From the IMG/VR virus record IMGVR_UViG_3300021560_000020, positions 1 through 59,179 of that record: 59,179 nt of DNA; one strand, written 5' to 3'. The position numbers and the translations under genes were made by a program. The stretch is from a virus (Duplodnaviria; Caudoviricetes). The notes under the pieces were generated by a model, which worked only from the letters and a program-made list of their open reading frames with translations, ran no database searches and was not told the origin of the DNA. The stretch's first letter is position 1, and every line of letters begins with the position of its first letter. Of this stretch, positions 27,140-34,916 are shown in pieces.

Positions 27140-27264
27140 CTGATTACTCCCTTGCGGTTAAGACCGGCGATGGTGATCGCCGGTACGTTTACGGGGCAGA
27201 TGCCGTCGGGTCACCTGCCTTGCAGACCTAATTCAGCGCTGGCATTGATCGCACAGGCAGACCG

Positions 27265-27441
27265 TCAATCAATCCGGGTCAAGCGCACCGTTGGGGGGCA
27301 GCCGTTCTCCGCGCAATCCCGGCAGACTCGCATGATAATTTTCCGGTCATTCTCAGGCGCGATGCCGTCAAAGACCTCGGATTGCCAGTACTCGGCTTCG
27401 TATTCTGCCTGGGCATCACAGGTGCCATATTCACAATTCAT
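27265..27441 (-). CDS. Small Cys-rich protein (MNCEYGTC...VCRDC), not in the ORF track
   Basis: AGGAGG RBS; 58-aa frame. Confidence 0.6.
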   Translation of the reverse strand: MNCEYGTCDAQAEYEAEYWQSEVFDGIAPENDRKIIMRVCRDCAENGCPPTVRLTRID

Positions 27442-27453
27442 CCGTAGTTCCTC

Positions 27454-27648
27454 CTAGCCGATTACCATGAAGCCGGCATGCGCCACCGCCGCCAGCTGGC
27501 CGTCGAGGGTCGAGGCGTTGAAGATCGCGGTGTACCTGCCCTTGGTGGTGCAGACCACCACGTACCTGAAGCTGGCCGGAAACTGCGCCAGGGCCTTGAG
27601 CAGGCCCGTCCGCGTGGCGAAGGACCGGCACTTGTCGATGTCCATCAT
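27454..27648 (-). CDS. Hypothetical protein
   Basis: AAGGAGATAA RBS after twister C. Confidence 0.65.
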   Translation of the reverse strand: MMDIDKCRSFATRTGLLKALAQFPASFRYVVVCTTKGRYTAIFNASTLDGQLAAVAHAGFMVIG

Positions 27649-27663
27649 CTACTTATCTCCTTG

Positions 27664-27741
27664 ACCGCGCCGGGGCTTGAAGTTTCCCGGCCGCGTGTTC
27701 TATCGGGGGAGCGAACTCCCCCGACCTTCTCCACGAGCTGT
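27664..27741 (-). ncRNA. Twister-like ribozyme, P5-type (copy C)
   Basis: ACAGC-UC-GUG-GA-GAAG-G-[UCGGGGGAG UUCG CUCCCCCGA]-UA-G^AA-CAC-GC-G-GCCGGG-AAA-CUUC-AAGC-CCCGGC-GCGGU. Confidence 0.8.
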
Positions 27742-28766
27742 TAGCGAAGCCGCTTCCGCTCGGCCCCGGTATCGATCTGCTCATCCAAGCCGATGCTATT
27801 GCCGCTCGCCCGTCCGTCCCGATAGGCCGGATGGTTGCGCCGTTCCTCATCCCGTTCCCACTCCCGCTTCCGGCGCGCCTCATCGCGCTCGCGCTCCCGT
27901 TCCTCGCGCGCCTCCTCCTTGGCCTGCTGCTTCGCGGTCTTGGCTTTCGGCGGCGGCGGGATCGCCAGGCCCCGCGCCACGTAGTAGGCGCTGTGCTCAC
28001 TCATGCCGCCCGCGATAAGCTCCTGCTCGCGCTGGCGCAGCGCCTCGCGCCGGGCCTTATCCTGAGCCTCGTAGGCCGCCCACTGTGCGGCCCGTTCGCG
28101 GCGCTGACGGGCGGTGGTACCCGGCTCCCGGCCGTTGAGCGCGTCCTGGTTCAAGTCCTCCTCGCTGCCGTACACGTCGCTCAGCACCATCAACTCCGTG
28201 CCGGTGCCGTTGCCCTGCGCCTGCGCGGCCCGTCGGCTTTCCAGTTCCTGCTCGATGCGCCGCTGGTTGAGCCGCTCAATCAGCCGGTCGGCGCAACCGT
28301 CACACCATTTGGTATGCGAAACCTGCTCGCGCCGGGGATGGTACGGATTCAACCGCTGCATGGCTTGCAGCAGATAGTTATAGGTCTGGATGGTGACCAC
28401 CACGTTGACCTTGCGGCCTAATAGCTGATGGCCGCCGAATTTGCGGTAGTGGCCGGTATTGATGATGAAGTGCAGGCAGAAATTGTTGTCCGCCAGACAC
28501 GCCATCAGGCGGCGTTTCCATTTGTGACCGGCACCGCCGCCGTCCGTCATTTCCCGCGGTTCAGCCGCTGCCGCCGCGGGTTCAGCCTGTTCGAGCGCGG
28601 CTAGCGTTAGGTTATGCGCGGCCAGAATTTCCTGTATCTTGGTCGCCGCCACCAGCGCTTCATTCTCGGAGCACCCGTTCTCGGTAGTCATCCGAAGCAG
28701 GCGCTCGATCTTGCCCAATACCGCCGCCTGTTCGGCGGCTTCGGTCGTCGTCGTCATCTTGATCAT
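27741..28766 (-). CDS. DUF2786-domain protein
   Basis: KI..LL......ENEA..A..K.Q..L..HNL N-terminus; Y..G...G..I.L..Q C-terminus; true start may be 28757. Confidence 0.8.
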   Translation of the reverse strand: MIKMTTTTEAAEQAAVLGKIERLLRMTTENGCSENEALVAATKIQEILAAHNLTLAALEQAEPAAAAAEPREMTDGGGAGHKWKRRLMACLADNNFCLHFIINTGHYRKFGGHQLLGRKVNVVVTIQTYNYLLQAMQRLNPYHPRREQVSHTKWCDGCADRLIERLNQRRIEQELESRRAAQAQGNGTGTELMVLSDVYGSEEDLNQDALNGREPGTTARQRRERAAQWAAYEAQDKARREALRQREQELIAGGMSEHSAYYVARGLAIPPPPKAKTAKQQAKEEAREERERERDEARRKREWERDEERRNHPAYRDGRASGNSIGLDEQIDTGAERKRLR

Positions 28767-28774
28767 CTCCCCGT

Positions 28775-28853
28775 ATAGCGACCGGGCTTAGGGTTTCCGG
28801 TCCGCGCGTTCTGGCGGAGCCAGTGATGGCCCCGCCCCCCTTCCGTAGGCTGC
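28775..28853 (-). ncRNA. Twister-like ribozyme, P5-type (copy D)
   Basis: GCAGC-CU-ACG-GA-AGGG-G-[GGCGGGGCCA UCAC UGGCUCCGCC]-A-G^AA-CGC-GC-G-GACCGG-AAA-CCCU-AAGC-CCGGUC-GCUAU; one P2 mismatch. Confidence 0.72.
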
Positions 28854-28860
28854 GGGCGCT

Positions 28861-29034
28861 TTAGAACAAACGCCGGGCACGTCTGACGAAATCCGCGATG
28901 GTCTTGTGCGAGCGGACGATGCCCGCGGCCTCGACCAACGCGATGATAGTGGCAGTGTCCCGGTGCAGATTGCCGAACACGATCGCACGTACCCGAGCGG
29001 CTTCCTCTAACCGATTGAGCCGAATCTGTTTCAT
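28861..29034 (-). CDS. Small hypothetical protein (MKQIRLNRLEE..., 57 aa), not in the ORF track
   Basis: GGGAGAT RBS; fills the gap between twisters E and D. Confidence 0.65.
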   Translation of the reverse strand: MKQIRLNRLEEAARVRAIVFGNLHRDTATIIALVEAAGIVRSHKTIADFVRRARRLF

Positions 29035-29056
29035 CTTGCTATCTCCCTGTGATTGG

Positions 29057-29132
29057 AACGGTGTCCGGGCTTGGCTGCCGGACAGCGCATTACGTCCGCC
29101 CCGGCAGGGACGGACGGCCTCTGCGAACCGTT
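29057..29132 (-). ncRNA. Twister-like ribozyme, P5-type (copy E)
   Basis: AACGGU-UC-GCA-GA-GGC-[CGUCCGUCCC UGCC GGGGCGGACG]-U^AA-UGC-GC-U-GUCCGG-CA-GCC-AAGC-CCGGAC-ACCGUU. Confidence 0.82.
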
Positions 29133-30129
29133 AGGCTTTAAGCGCGCCGAGTTCGGCCAGGATGCTGAGCAGGTGTGATACTTCATAGATTACGAAGTGA
29201 AATGACTTGGCCGAGATGTCCAAGCCCTGCGCCTGCACTTTCTGGTAGAGCGCCGCTTCATCAACCGGATGTTTGTCGTCCGCTTTCAATACGGCTTCAA
29301 CCGCGATCTTGCGTACCGCACGGCCCGCTGACTTGCCGTTGGCCGAGGCCGGTTTGGCTGCCTTGGCCTTTTTCTCGACCACCTTTACCTTGGGATGCTT
29401 TTCCTTGATGTGCTTCATCATTTCTTCCTCAGTCGCAAATTCCAGCTTGCAGGGCTGGCAGATACTAACCGTGGGGACTTCCGGCAGCTCGATCTGCTCG
29501 CCCTTCTCCATCGCTTCCGCCAGACTCATCATGGTCGGCTTCGCGCGCTTGGCAGCTAGCACCCGGTCGAGCTCTGCGCCGATCTTGTCATGGCTTTCCT
29601 TCTGCGCCTTGCGGTTGGCGCTGGCCACGCTCACCGCCTCCTCCACCGAAGGCTTGCAGGCGTAGCAGAAGCAGGCCGGGTCATGCGGCGCGGCAGTCGT
29701 CGGCGTGCCGCCGAGGTCGGTCAGAACTGCTATCGTAGCCGCCACTGCCGCCTTGCTCGGCTGCTTCTCCTTGACCGGCTTGACCACCTTCGCCGCCGCT
29801 ACCGTCCGTTCCACGATCTCGGCCTTCAGGCCGCCGCCGAGTTCCACGATCTCCGCCTTGCGGGCCGCGGGCTTGAGAGTGAGTTGTTCGTTGGTTATGG
29901 TTGCTTCCATCTTCATCTCCTGTCGGTTGATTTCAGCCATCATCCGTTCGTAATGGCGGGGAGCCAGAAAATTGTGCAGCGGCGCGCTGGCGTCGGCCAG
30001 CGTCCGGTATTCAAGGTCGAACCAGCCGTTCCAGTCGCCGCGCCCGTGCTGTTCAAGGTAGCCGCGAATCGTGTCGCGGTGCCGCTCAGTGAATTTGACG
30101 GTCGAAAGACCGACCTGGGTGGTTGCCAT
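29131..30129 (-). CDS. Ala/Lys-rich protein with C2H2-like Zn finger
   Basis: AAGGAGAT RBS; CQPC..EF...M.KH...H; HDPACFCYAC; possible internal start at 29910. Confidence 0.7.
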   Translation of the reverse strand: MATTQVGLSTVKFTERHRDTIRGYLEQHGRGDWNGWFDLEYRTLADASAPLHNFLAPRHYERMMAEINRQEMKMEATITNEQLTLKPAARKAEIVELGGGLKAEIVERTVAAAKVVKPVKEKQPSKAAVAATIAVLTDLGGTPTTAAPHDPACFCYACKPSVEEAVSVASANRKAQKESHDKIGAELDRVLAAKRAKPTMMSLAEAMEKGEQIELPEVPTVSICQPCKLEFATEEEMMKHIKEKHPKVKVVEKKAKAAKPASANGKSAGRAVRKIAVEAVLKADDKHPVDEAALYQKVQAQGLDISAKSFHFVIYEVSHLLSILAELGALKA

Positions 30130-30151
30130 CGTCGTCTATCTCCTTGTTCAA

Positions 30152-30230
30152 AACGGCGGCCGGGCTTGGAGTTTCCGGCCTGCGTTTTACCATGCACTAT
30201 CCAATAGTGCATGCTCCTCAACTAACCGTT
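30152..30230 (-). ncRNA. Twister-like ribozyme, P5-type (copy F)
   Basis: AACGGU-UA-GUU-GA-GGAG-[CAUGCACUAU UGG AUAGUGCAUG]-G-U^AA-AAC-GC-A-GGCCGG-AAA-CUCC-AAGC-CCGGCC-GCCGUU. Confidence 0.85.
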
Positions 30231-30396
30231 ATTGATTGCGCCGGAAGTCGACGATCGCCTGCTCGTAAATCTCCTCGTAATCATCGGCCTCCTGATTAAG
30301 TGAGCGCGAGTAGCAACCCGCGCGGCGAAAGGCGGCAATCGATTCAATTGCCACCCGGTACCACTCCGGAGTTTCCGGGGCTGAGATTCGATACAT
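30229..30396 (-). CDS. Small hypothetical protein (MYRISAPE...)
   Basis: AAAGGA RBS after the hammerhead; stop overlaps twister F. Confidence 0.6.
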   Translation of the reverse strand: MYRISAPETPEWYRVAIESIAAFRRAGCYSRSLNQEADDYEEIYEQAIVDFRRNQ

Positions 30397-30412
30397 GGAT
30401 GATTCCTTTGAA

Positions 30413-30472
30413 TTTCCGTTTCGGCCTTCAATTCGGCCATCATCGGCAGGGCTAGATTTCCCTGGACGGAAA
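30413..30472 (-). ncRNA. Hammerhead ribozyme, type III (core variant)
   Basis: UUUCCG-UC^-CAGGG AAAUCUAG CCCUG-CCGAUGA-U-GGCC GAAUUGAA GGCC-GAAA-CGGAAA; three stems intact, U4->C. Confidence 0.8.
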
Positions 30473-30712
30473 ACGGATTCGACGCACATGCCGCAGTCCA
30501 CGATCCCCGGAAGCTATGCCGGAGCAGGAACGGGGTGCCTCGTCTATCCGTGTTTTTGGCCCAACTACCTTTACCGCTTAGGGAGCCTCAAGCGCTCAGA
30601 AGATGTCCGTTGCCGGAGATTGCTTTCCTTGCCGCGCCTAGCCTGAGTTATCGCTTAACCGTTGGTGCTGTTTTCCGTCCTCTCCTTTTTGTTACCGTGT
30701 GCTGACAGTATG

Positions 30713-30741
30713 AATATAACCAAGCGCTTAGCTTTAGTCCA
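30713..30741 (-). promoter_or_regulatory. Sigma70-type promoter of the leftward early operon, with AAGCGCTT palindrome in the spacer
   Basis: TGGACT-17 bp-TATATT; upstream A-tracts resembling an UP element. Confidence 0.7.
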
Positions 30742-31024
30742 GTGTTTTTTCGTCGGCAGGGAAAATTTTTTTACCGGCTGAAAGCCGAGCAGGATGGCGG
30801 ACTTTCAGCGCGAAGGCTGTAACCGGAACCGGAGAGACTGAAAATAATGGTGAGAAAATTCCGCTATGCGCAGGATCGCGCAGAGCCGATTTAAGCCACG
30901 GCTAAATGACCTCCGCTAGAAAGCTTAAGCTTGCCGGCTTCCGTCGCTCCAAACGGCTCCCTGGGCGGCCTGTGGCGATGTATGCGGAAGGGGGGGGACG
31001 GTCCAGGCCCGAAGGTATAAGGAT

Positions 31025-32539
31025 TTACCAGCTGCCGGTACGGAACCGCGCCGCGCCGCTGGTGCCGTTAAGCCCATGCCTGCCGTTATCCGGCTCGTGG
31101 TCGCGGCCTCCGCGCTGGAGAAATTCACGCGCCGAGACCTTGCGCGCTACCGGCAGGTATTCGTAGCTGGCGCTGTTGCGATAGCTCGCATAGTAGGCCA
31201 GCGCACACGCCACCGCGGCATCACCGTGGCGCTGGCCGCCGCCGATCTCACGCGTGCGCCGGTCGGGCACCTTGGCCACTCCCCGCTCCATGCGGATCAT
31301 GCGCAGGTCGGCCAGAATATCGGCGTTGCGCGGTAGTTCGAGCTGGTGCTCCTCCAGCGCCCGCTTGAACTTCGGCATCTCGTTGCGGTACCACTCTAGG
31401 TTCAGGATCAATAGCTCGATACGTTCCGGCTCCTCGCGCGTGCCGCCGTACTTGCGCCCGGTCTCTTCGGCCAGCCAGGAACCGTTGCCGCCGGCATCCA
31501 TCACCCCGCTGATTAGCCACGGACAGTGATCGAGTGCGTGGAATAAGACTTTGCGCTGGACTTCGTGCGGCACGTCGCGCAGTTCCACCACCAGCCGGGT
31601 ATGCCTGACCGTATCTTCCCCGAGCTGGAGAAACCAAAAGACCGAGAGGTCACCGGAGCGGCCGAAGTCCACCCCGAAACAGGTCTGCCGATAAGGCTCA
31701 AACTGCTCTAGCGCAGCCGTAATCAGCGGCTCCAGTTCCTCGTCAGCGTGCTCGCCCCGCGCCCGCAGCACCGCAATGCCCGTGGTCATGCAGGATTCGA
31801 TCAGTTCGGTCGGCAGGAACACGCCGCCGCCCTTCGAAGGCACGCAGAACAGTTCCTCGTCGGCGTCGTCACCGTACTGATGAATCAGGTCCGCCCGCCA
31901 GTCCCGCTCGCCCCGTGGCGTCCAGCTGATCCCCGCCTCATGGCAAATCGCGCCATAGAGACCCTGGGCCAGCGCATCATCCAGCGTGGTCCGGTGCAGG
32001 CCATAGCTGCGCCGCGCCGCGCGAATATCATTGACCAGATCGGCAAACGGATTATCCGCGCCATAATGCGACGAGATGATATGGACCGCGCCGCCCCACA
32101 TGGTAACCGCAATCGCCGCCTTGAGCAGAGCAGCCAGGTCTTCGTGGAACGCCGCCTCGTCGATAATGATCAGGCCCTGCTTGCCGCGCAGGTTGGAGGG
32201 CCGGCTGGACAGCGCCGTGATCTTGCGGCCGGAGGCGAAGCGAATCCGGTAGGCCAAGATGTCCTTGTTCAGGTCGCGCAGGACGGTCTGCTCGACCGCC
32301 GAAGCCGAAGCCTGGAACAGCCGCGCCCAGTTCGCGCAATACTCGATAAACTCCAGCGACATCTCCCGGTTATAGCCGGTATACCAGACGTCACCGCGAC
32401 CGGGGGCCGCCGTCTTTACTGAATCCGCCGCTTCCGCCCAGGTTATCCCGATCCGCCGGCTCTTCTCGTATACCTTGATCGGCGTCCGGTCCCGCACCCA
32501 CTTTTCTTGATATGATAGTAGCGGCATCGACCTGCTCAC
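31025..32539 (-). CDS. terL: Terminase large subunit (Mu gp28-like)
   Basis: LL.YQ..W, EKSRRIGITW, SSRPSNLRG, IIDEAAFH, GVDFGRSGD, HGDAAVA.ALA. Confidence 0.95.
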   Translation of the reverse strand: MSRSMPLLSYQEKWVRDRTPIKVYEKSRRIGITWAEAADSVKTAAPGRGDVWYTGYNREMSLEFIEYCANWARLFQASASAVEQTVLRDLNKDILAYRIRFASGRKITALSSRPSNLRGKQGLIIIDEAAFHEDLAALLKAAIAVTMWGGAVHIISSHYGADNPFADLVNDIRAARRSYGLHRTTLDDALAQGLYGAICHEAGISWTPRGERDWRADLIHQYGDDADEELFCVPSKGGGVFLPTELIESCMTTGIAVLRARGEHADEELEPLITAALEQFEPYRQTCFGVDFGRSGDLSVFWFLQLGEDTVRHTRLVVELRDVPHEVQRKVLFHALDHCPWLISGVMDAGGNGSWLAEETGRKYGGTREEPERIELLILNLEWYRNEMPKFKRALEEHQLELPRNADILADLRMIRMERGVAKVPDRRTREIGGGQRHGDAAVACALAYYASYRNSASYEYLPVARKVSAREFLQRGGRDHEPDNGRHGLNGTSGAARFRTGSW

Positions 32540-33053
32540 TTAGTTTCTGCGGATCGTAGGGACCGAATAAGGTCCGCTCAATGGTCTCCTCGCTGATTAG
32601 TTTGAGCATACCTGGCGGCTGCGCGTTATAGGTGCCGCCGACCGGAGCCATTTCCGTGCCGAGCAGACGGGCCCGAAACTCCTCCCACTTAAGCACCCCC
32701 AGCAACGCCCGAATCCGCACGTTCTGGTCGCCCGGGATCTGCCTGGGCGGCTGATTTGGCCGCTCGCTCGGCTCAGTGTGCGGCTGCGCCTGACGCTCGA
32801 TGGACCACAGATGGGAGACCGCGAGGTCAATCGCCTCCAGCGCTTTCTTGCGTTCCTGATGGACTACCGGCTCGGTAATCCGGCCCAGCTCACGCTGGTA
32901 AATCTGCCGGATACGGACCTCGCTGACTCCGTACTGGCGGCTGATCGCTCCCCAGTGCACACCCCGATAGCGCAGCTCGAGAATTTCCCGCGCCCGCCGC
33001 CGGGCCTCGATTACCCCCGCCGGCTTCTCCCCGCCCCTAGCGCGTCCCGGCAT
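32391..33053 (-). CDS. Putative terminase small subunit (HTH)
   Basis: LELR..G..W..I...YGVS HTH and RARLLG motif; directly upstream of terL, with a long 3' overlap. Confidence 0.6.
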   Translation of the reverse strand: MPGRARGGEKPAGVIEARRRAREILELRYRGVHWGAISRQYGVSEVRIRQIYQRELGRITEPVVHQERKKALEAIDLAVSHLWSIERQAQPHTEPSERPNQPPRQIPGDQNVRIRALLGVLKWEEFRARLLGTEMAPVGGTYNAQPPGMLKLISEETIERTLFGPYDPQKLSEQVDAATIISRKVGAGPDADQGIREEPADRDNLGGSGGFSKDGGPRSR

Positions 33054-33981
33054 GATTTCTCCTCGCTCGCTCGCGTTCCAATAGTTCACGCATCTCTGCA
33101 TGCTGAATCCGGGGCTTGACCTGGATCGGCACCAGTCCGTAATCATCAATCCCGTCAGCCGGCTGAAGCCCCGGCCTTAATTTCAACGGCCGATAAAACC
33201 TGGTCCAGTCCACCACATGCTGCGGTCGGTGGAAGCGCCGGCCCACGGTCACCACCCCCGGCCACTGCCGCTCCAGCGAGCGTGCCATCTTTAACCGCCC
33301 GTCACCGGCATAAAGCTGGTCCGTATTGCCGCCCTTGAGCTGCATCGTCGCGACCTTATAGATCATAAAGACGTTGACCATGATGGTGTAGAAGCCCGCG
33401 GCCAGAACCTGCAAGCACAGGTCGGTGTCCTCGTTATAGCGGCCCCGCCAGCGGAACGGCAGCCGGTTCAGGATCAGCATGCAGGAATAAACCCGATGAT
33501 TGACTGTGAATGGCGCATACGACTTGTTATCGGTAATAAACATCTGGTAGTTGAGGCCGCTAATCGCCACGTCCTCGTAGCGCTCGGTAAAATCCTCGGT
33601 CGCCCGCAATGCATTGCCGGCATTACAGACTACCCGTACTCCATGCGAGCGATAGCGGAAATCCCGAATGTTGTCATCGAGGATCCAGTGCCGTTCATGG
33701 CCCGCCCTGGCGGCATGTTCCCAGACCCAGTTGCGGGCCGGAATCGAACCCTGGCCCAGGTCGTGAAACGGCAGCACCAGCAGCTTCTCGGCCCCGAAGC
33801 GCCAGCCGTAAGCCTCGGCCTCCGGCGGCTCCACCACCAGCCGGAACGGCACCCGGTCCTGCATCAGACAGCGCGCCGTCGAAGAGCAGGCTGGAATATC
33901 CCACCGCCCCTTGCTGATTACATAGACCGGATAACGCGGCAGAATCCGTCCGCGGCTGCCGGACTTACTTGGCTCCGCCAT
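33037..33981 (-). CDS. GREB1/TAGT-like GT-A glycosyltransferase (candidate DNA base modification)
   Basis: YPVYVISKGR, VVEP.E...Y, ARN..WEHA, HWILDDNI, YSC.LI, WRGRYNEDTDL.LQVL, GGNT. Confidence 0.75.
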   Translation of the reverse strand: MAEPSKSGSRGRILPRYPVYVISKGRWDIPACSSTARCLMQDRVPFRLVVEPPEAEAYGWRFGAEKLLVLPFHDLGQGSIPARNWVWEHAARAGHERHWILDDNIRDFRYRSHGVRVVCNAGNALRATEDFTERYEDVAISGLNYQMFITDNKSYAPFTVNHRVYSCMLILNRLPFRWRGRYNEDTDLCLQVLAAGFYTIMVNVFMIYKVATMQLKGGNTDQLYAGDGRLKMARSLERQWPGVVTVGRRFHRPQHVVDWTRFYRPLKLRPGLQPADGIDDYGLVPIQVKPRIQHAEMRELLERERARRNHAGTR

Positions 33982-34702
33982 GGCCTACCCGCTTGTGGCC
34001 TAAAGAAGCTTCATCCTCGAACCGCACCGCTTTCAAATCCCGCATTCCCTGGTCCGGCCACCAGTAGGATTGGGCCTTTTCCAGCTTGCCCTGTAACGGC
34101 TTTAACTTAAGCCGCCGCAAACAGGCGTCACGGTCCTCCAGTGAACGGAAAAACAGCTTGAACTGGATCAGCTCCTTCGGATTCTCGTATTCCGGCATCC
34201 CGATCCATTCCGCCGCGGCCTCAGCCGAGCCAATCTCGGCCGCGTTACGGGTGGTATAGACCAGCGCCGCCACCATCGCCTCGTCGAAGCCCGTGCCCAG
34301 GAATCCGTCAATATCGACTTCCTTGATTTCCTTGAGCAACTCGCTCAAGGCGCGGTCGTCCGGTTCGCCCAACTGCCGGATATGGTTGTCCGCCACTAGC
34401 AGCCGCAATGCCCTGCCGTCCAGCGGCCCAATATCCAGCCGCTTGATCGCGATCTCGGTCCAGCCCAGCTTCCTGGCCCCCGCCACCACCCCGTGGCCGG
34501 CCAGAATCGTGCCGTCACGCGCCGTTACCACCGGCCGATATAAACCATGTTCCTTGAGGCTCTTGACGATATGCTCCAACTGGTCGTCGGGATGCCCGAC
34601 GTAATTGCGCGGATGCGGCTTGAGCTCGCTTAGAGCCACTACTTCCGTAACAAACGGGGCTGCCGCCTCCGTAACCTTATTCGGCTTGTCCGGCTTGGCC
34701 AT
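33965..34702 (-). CDS. ParB/Srx N-terminal-domain protein
   Basis: LKPHPRN...H...Q...I..SL..HG...P.V...ILAGHG...A..LG, ADN. Confidence 0.85.
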   Translation of the reverse strand: MAKPDKPNKVTEAAAPFVTEVVALSELKPHPRNYVGHPDDQLEHIVKSLKEHGLYRPVVTARDGTILAGHGVVAGARKLGWTEIAIKRLDIGPLDGRALRLLVADNHIRQLGEPDDRALSELLKEIKEVDIDGFLGTGFDEAMVAALVYTTRNAAEIGSAEAAAEWIGMPEYENPKELIQFKLFFRSLEDRDACLRRLKLKPLQGKLEKAQSYWWPDQGMRDLKAVRFEDEASLGHKRVGHGGAK

Positions 34703-34916
34703 GTTCCGCTCCTGTTTCCTCCCGGCTTGCCGCCACCCACACCGCCTCCGTCATCATCTGCTTGTCCGCTTCCTGGATCAGCCCCGCACAGCAATGGCCA
34801 CAACTTAGATTGCAGCCAAATACCGGCTCGATGACCCAGACGTGAGGCGAAGTCGCCCCCAACGGCTTGATCTTCCTGCCCGGCTTATACTGCGGCCAGC
34901 GAAACTGTGGTACCAC
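34677..34916 (-). pseudogene. Truncated radical SAM protein N-terminus
   Basis: IEPVFGCNLSCGHC (CxxxCxxC) then M..M...W, ending after about 79 aa; GGAGG RBS. Confidence 0.65.

Noticed and set aside
24106-30230. Dispersed hairpin repeats read as CRISPR repeats, integron attC sites or terminators
   Set aside because: Spacing is gene-sized, sequences vary while pairing is conserved, and there are no cas or integrase genes, attC-type ends or U-tracts. The pseudoknot covariation fits twister.
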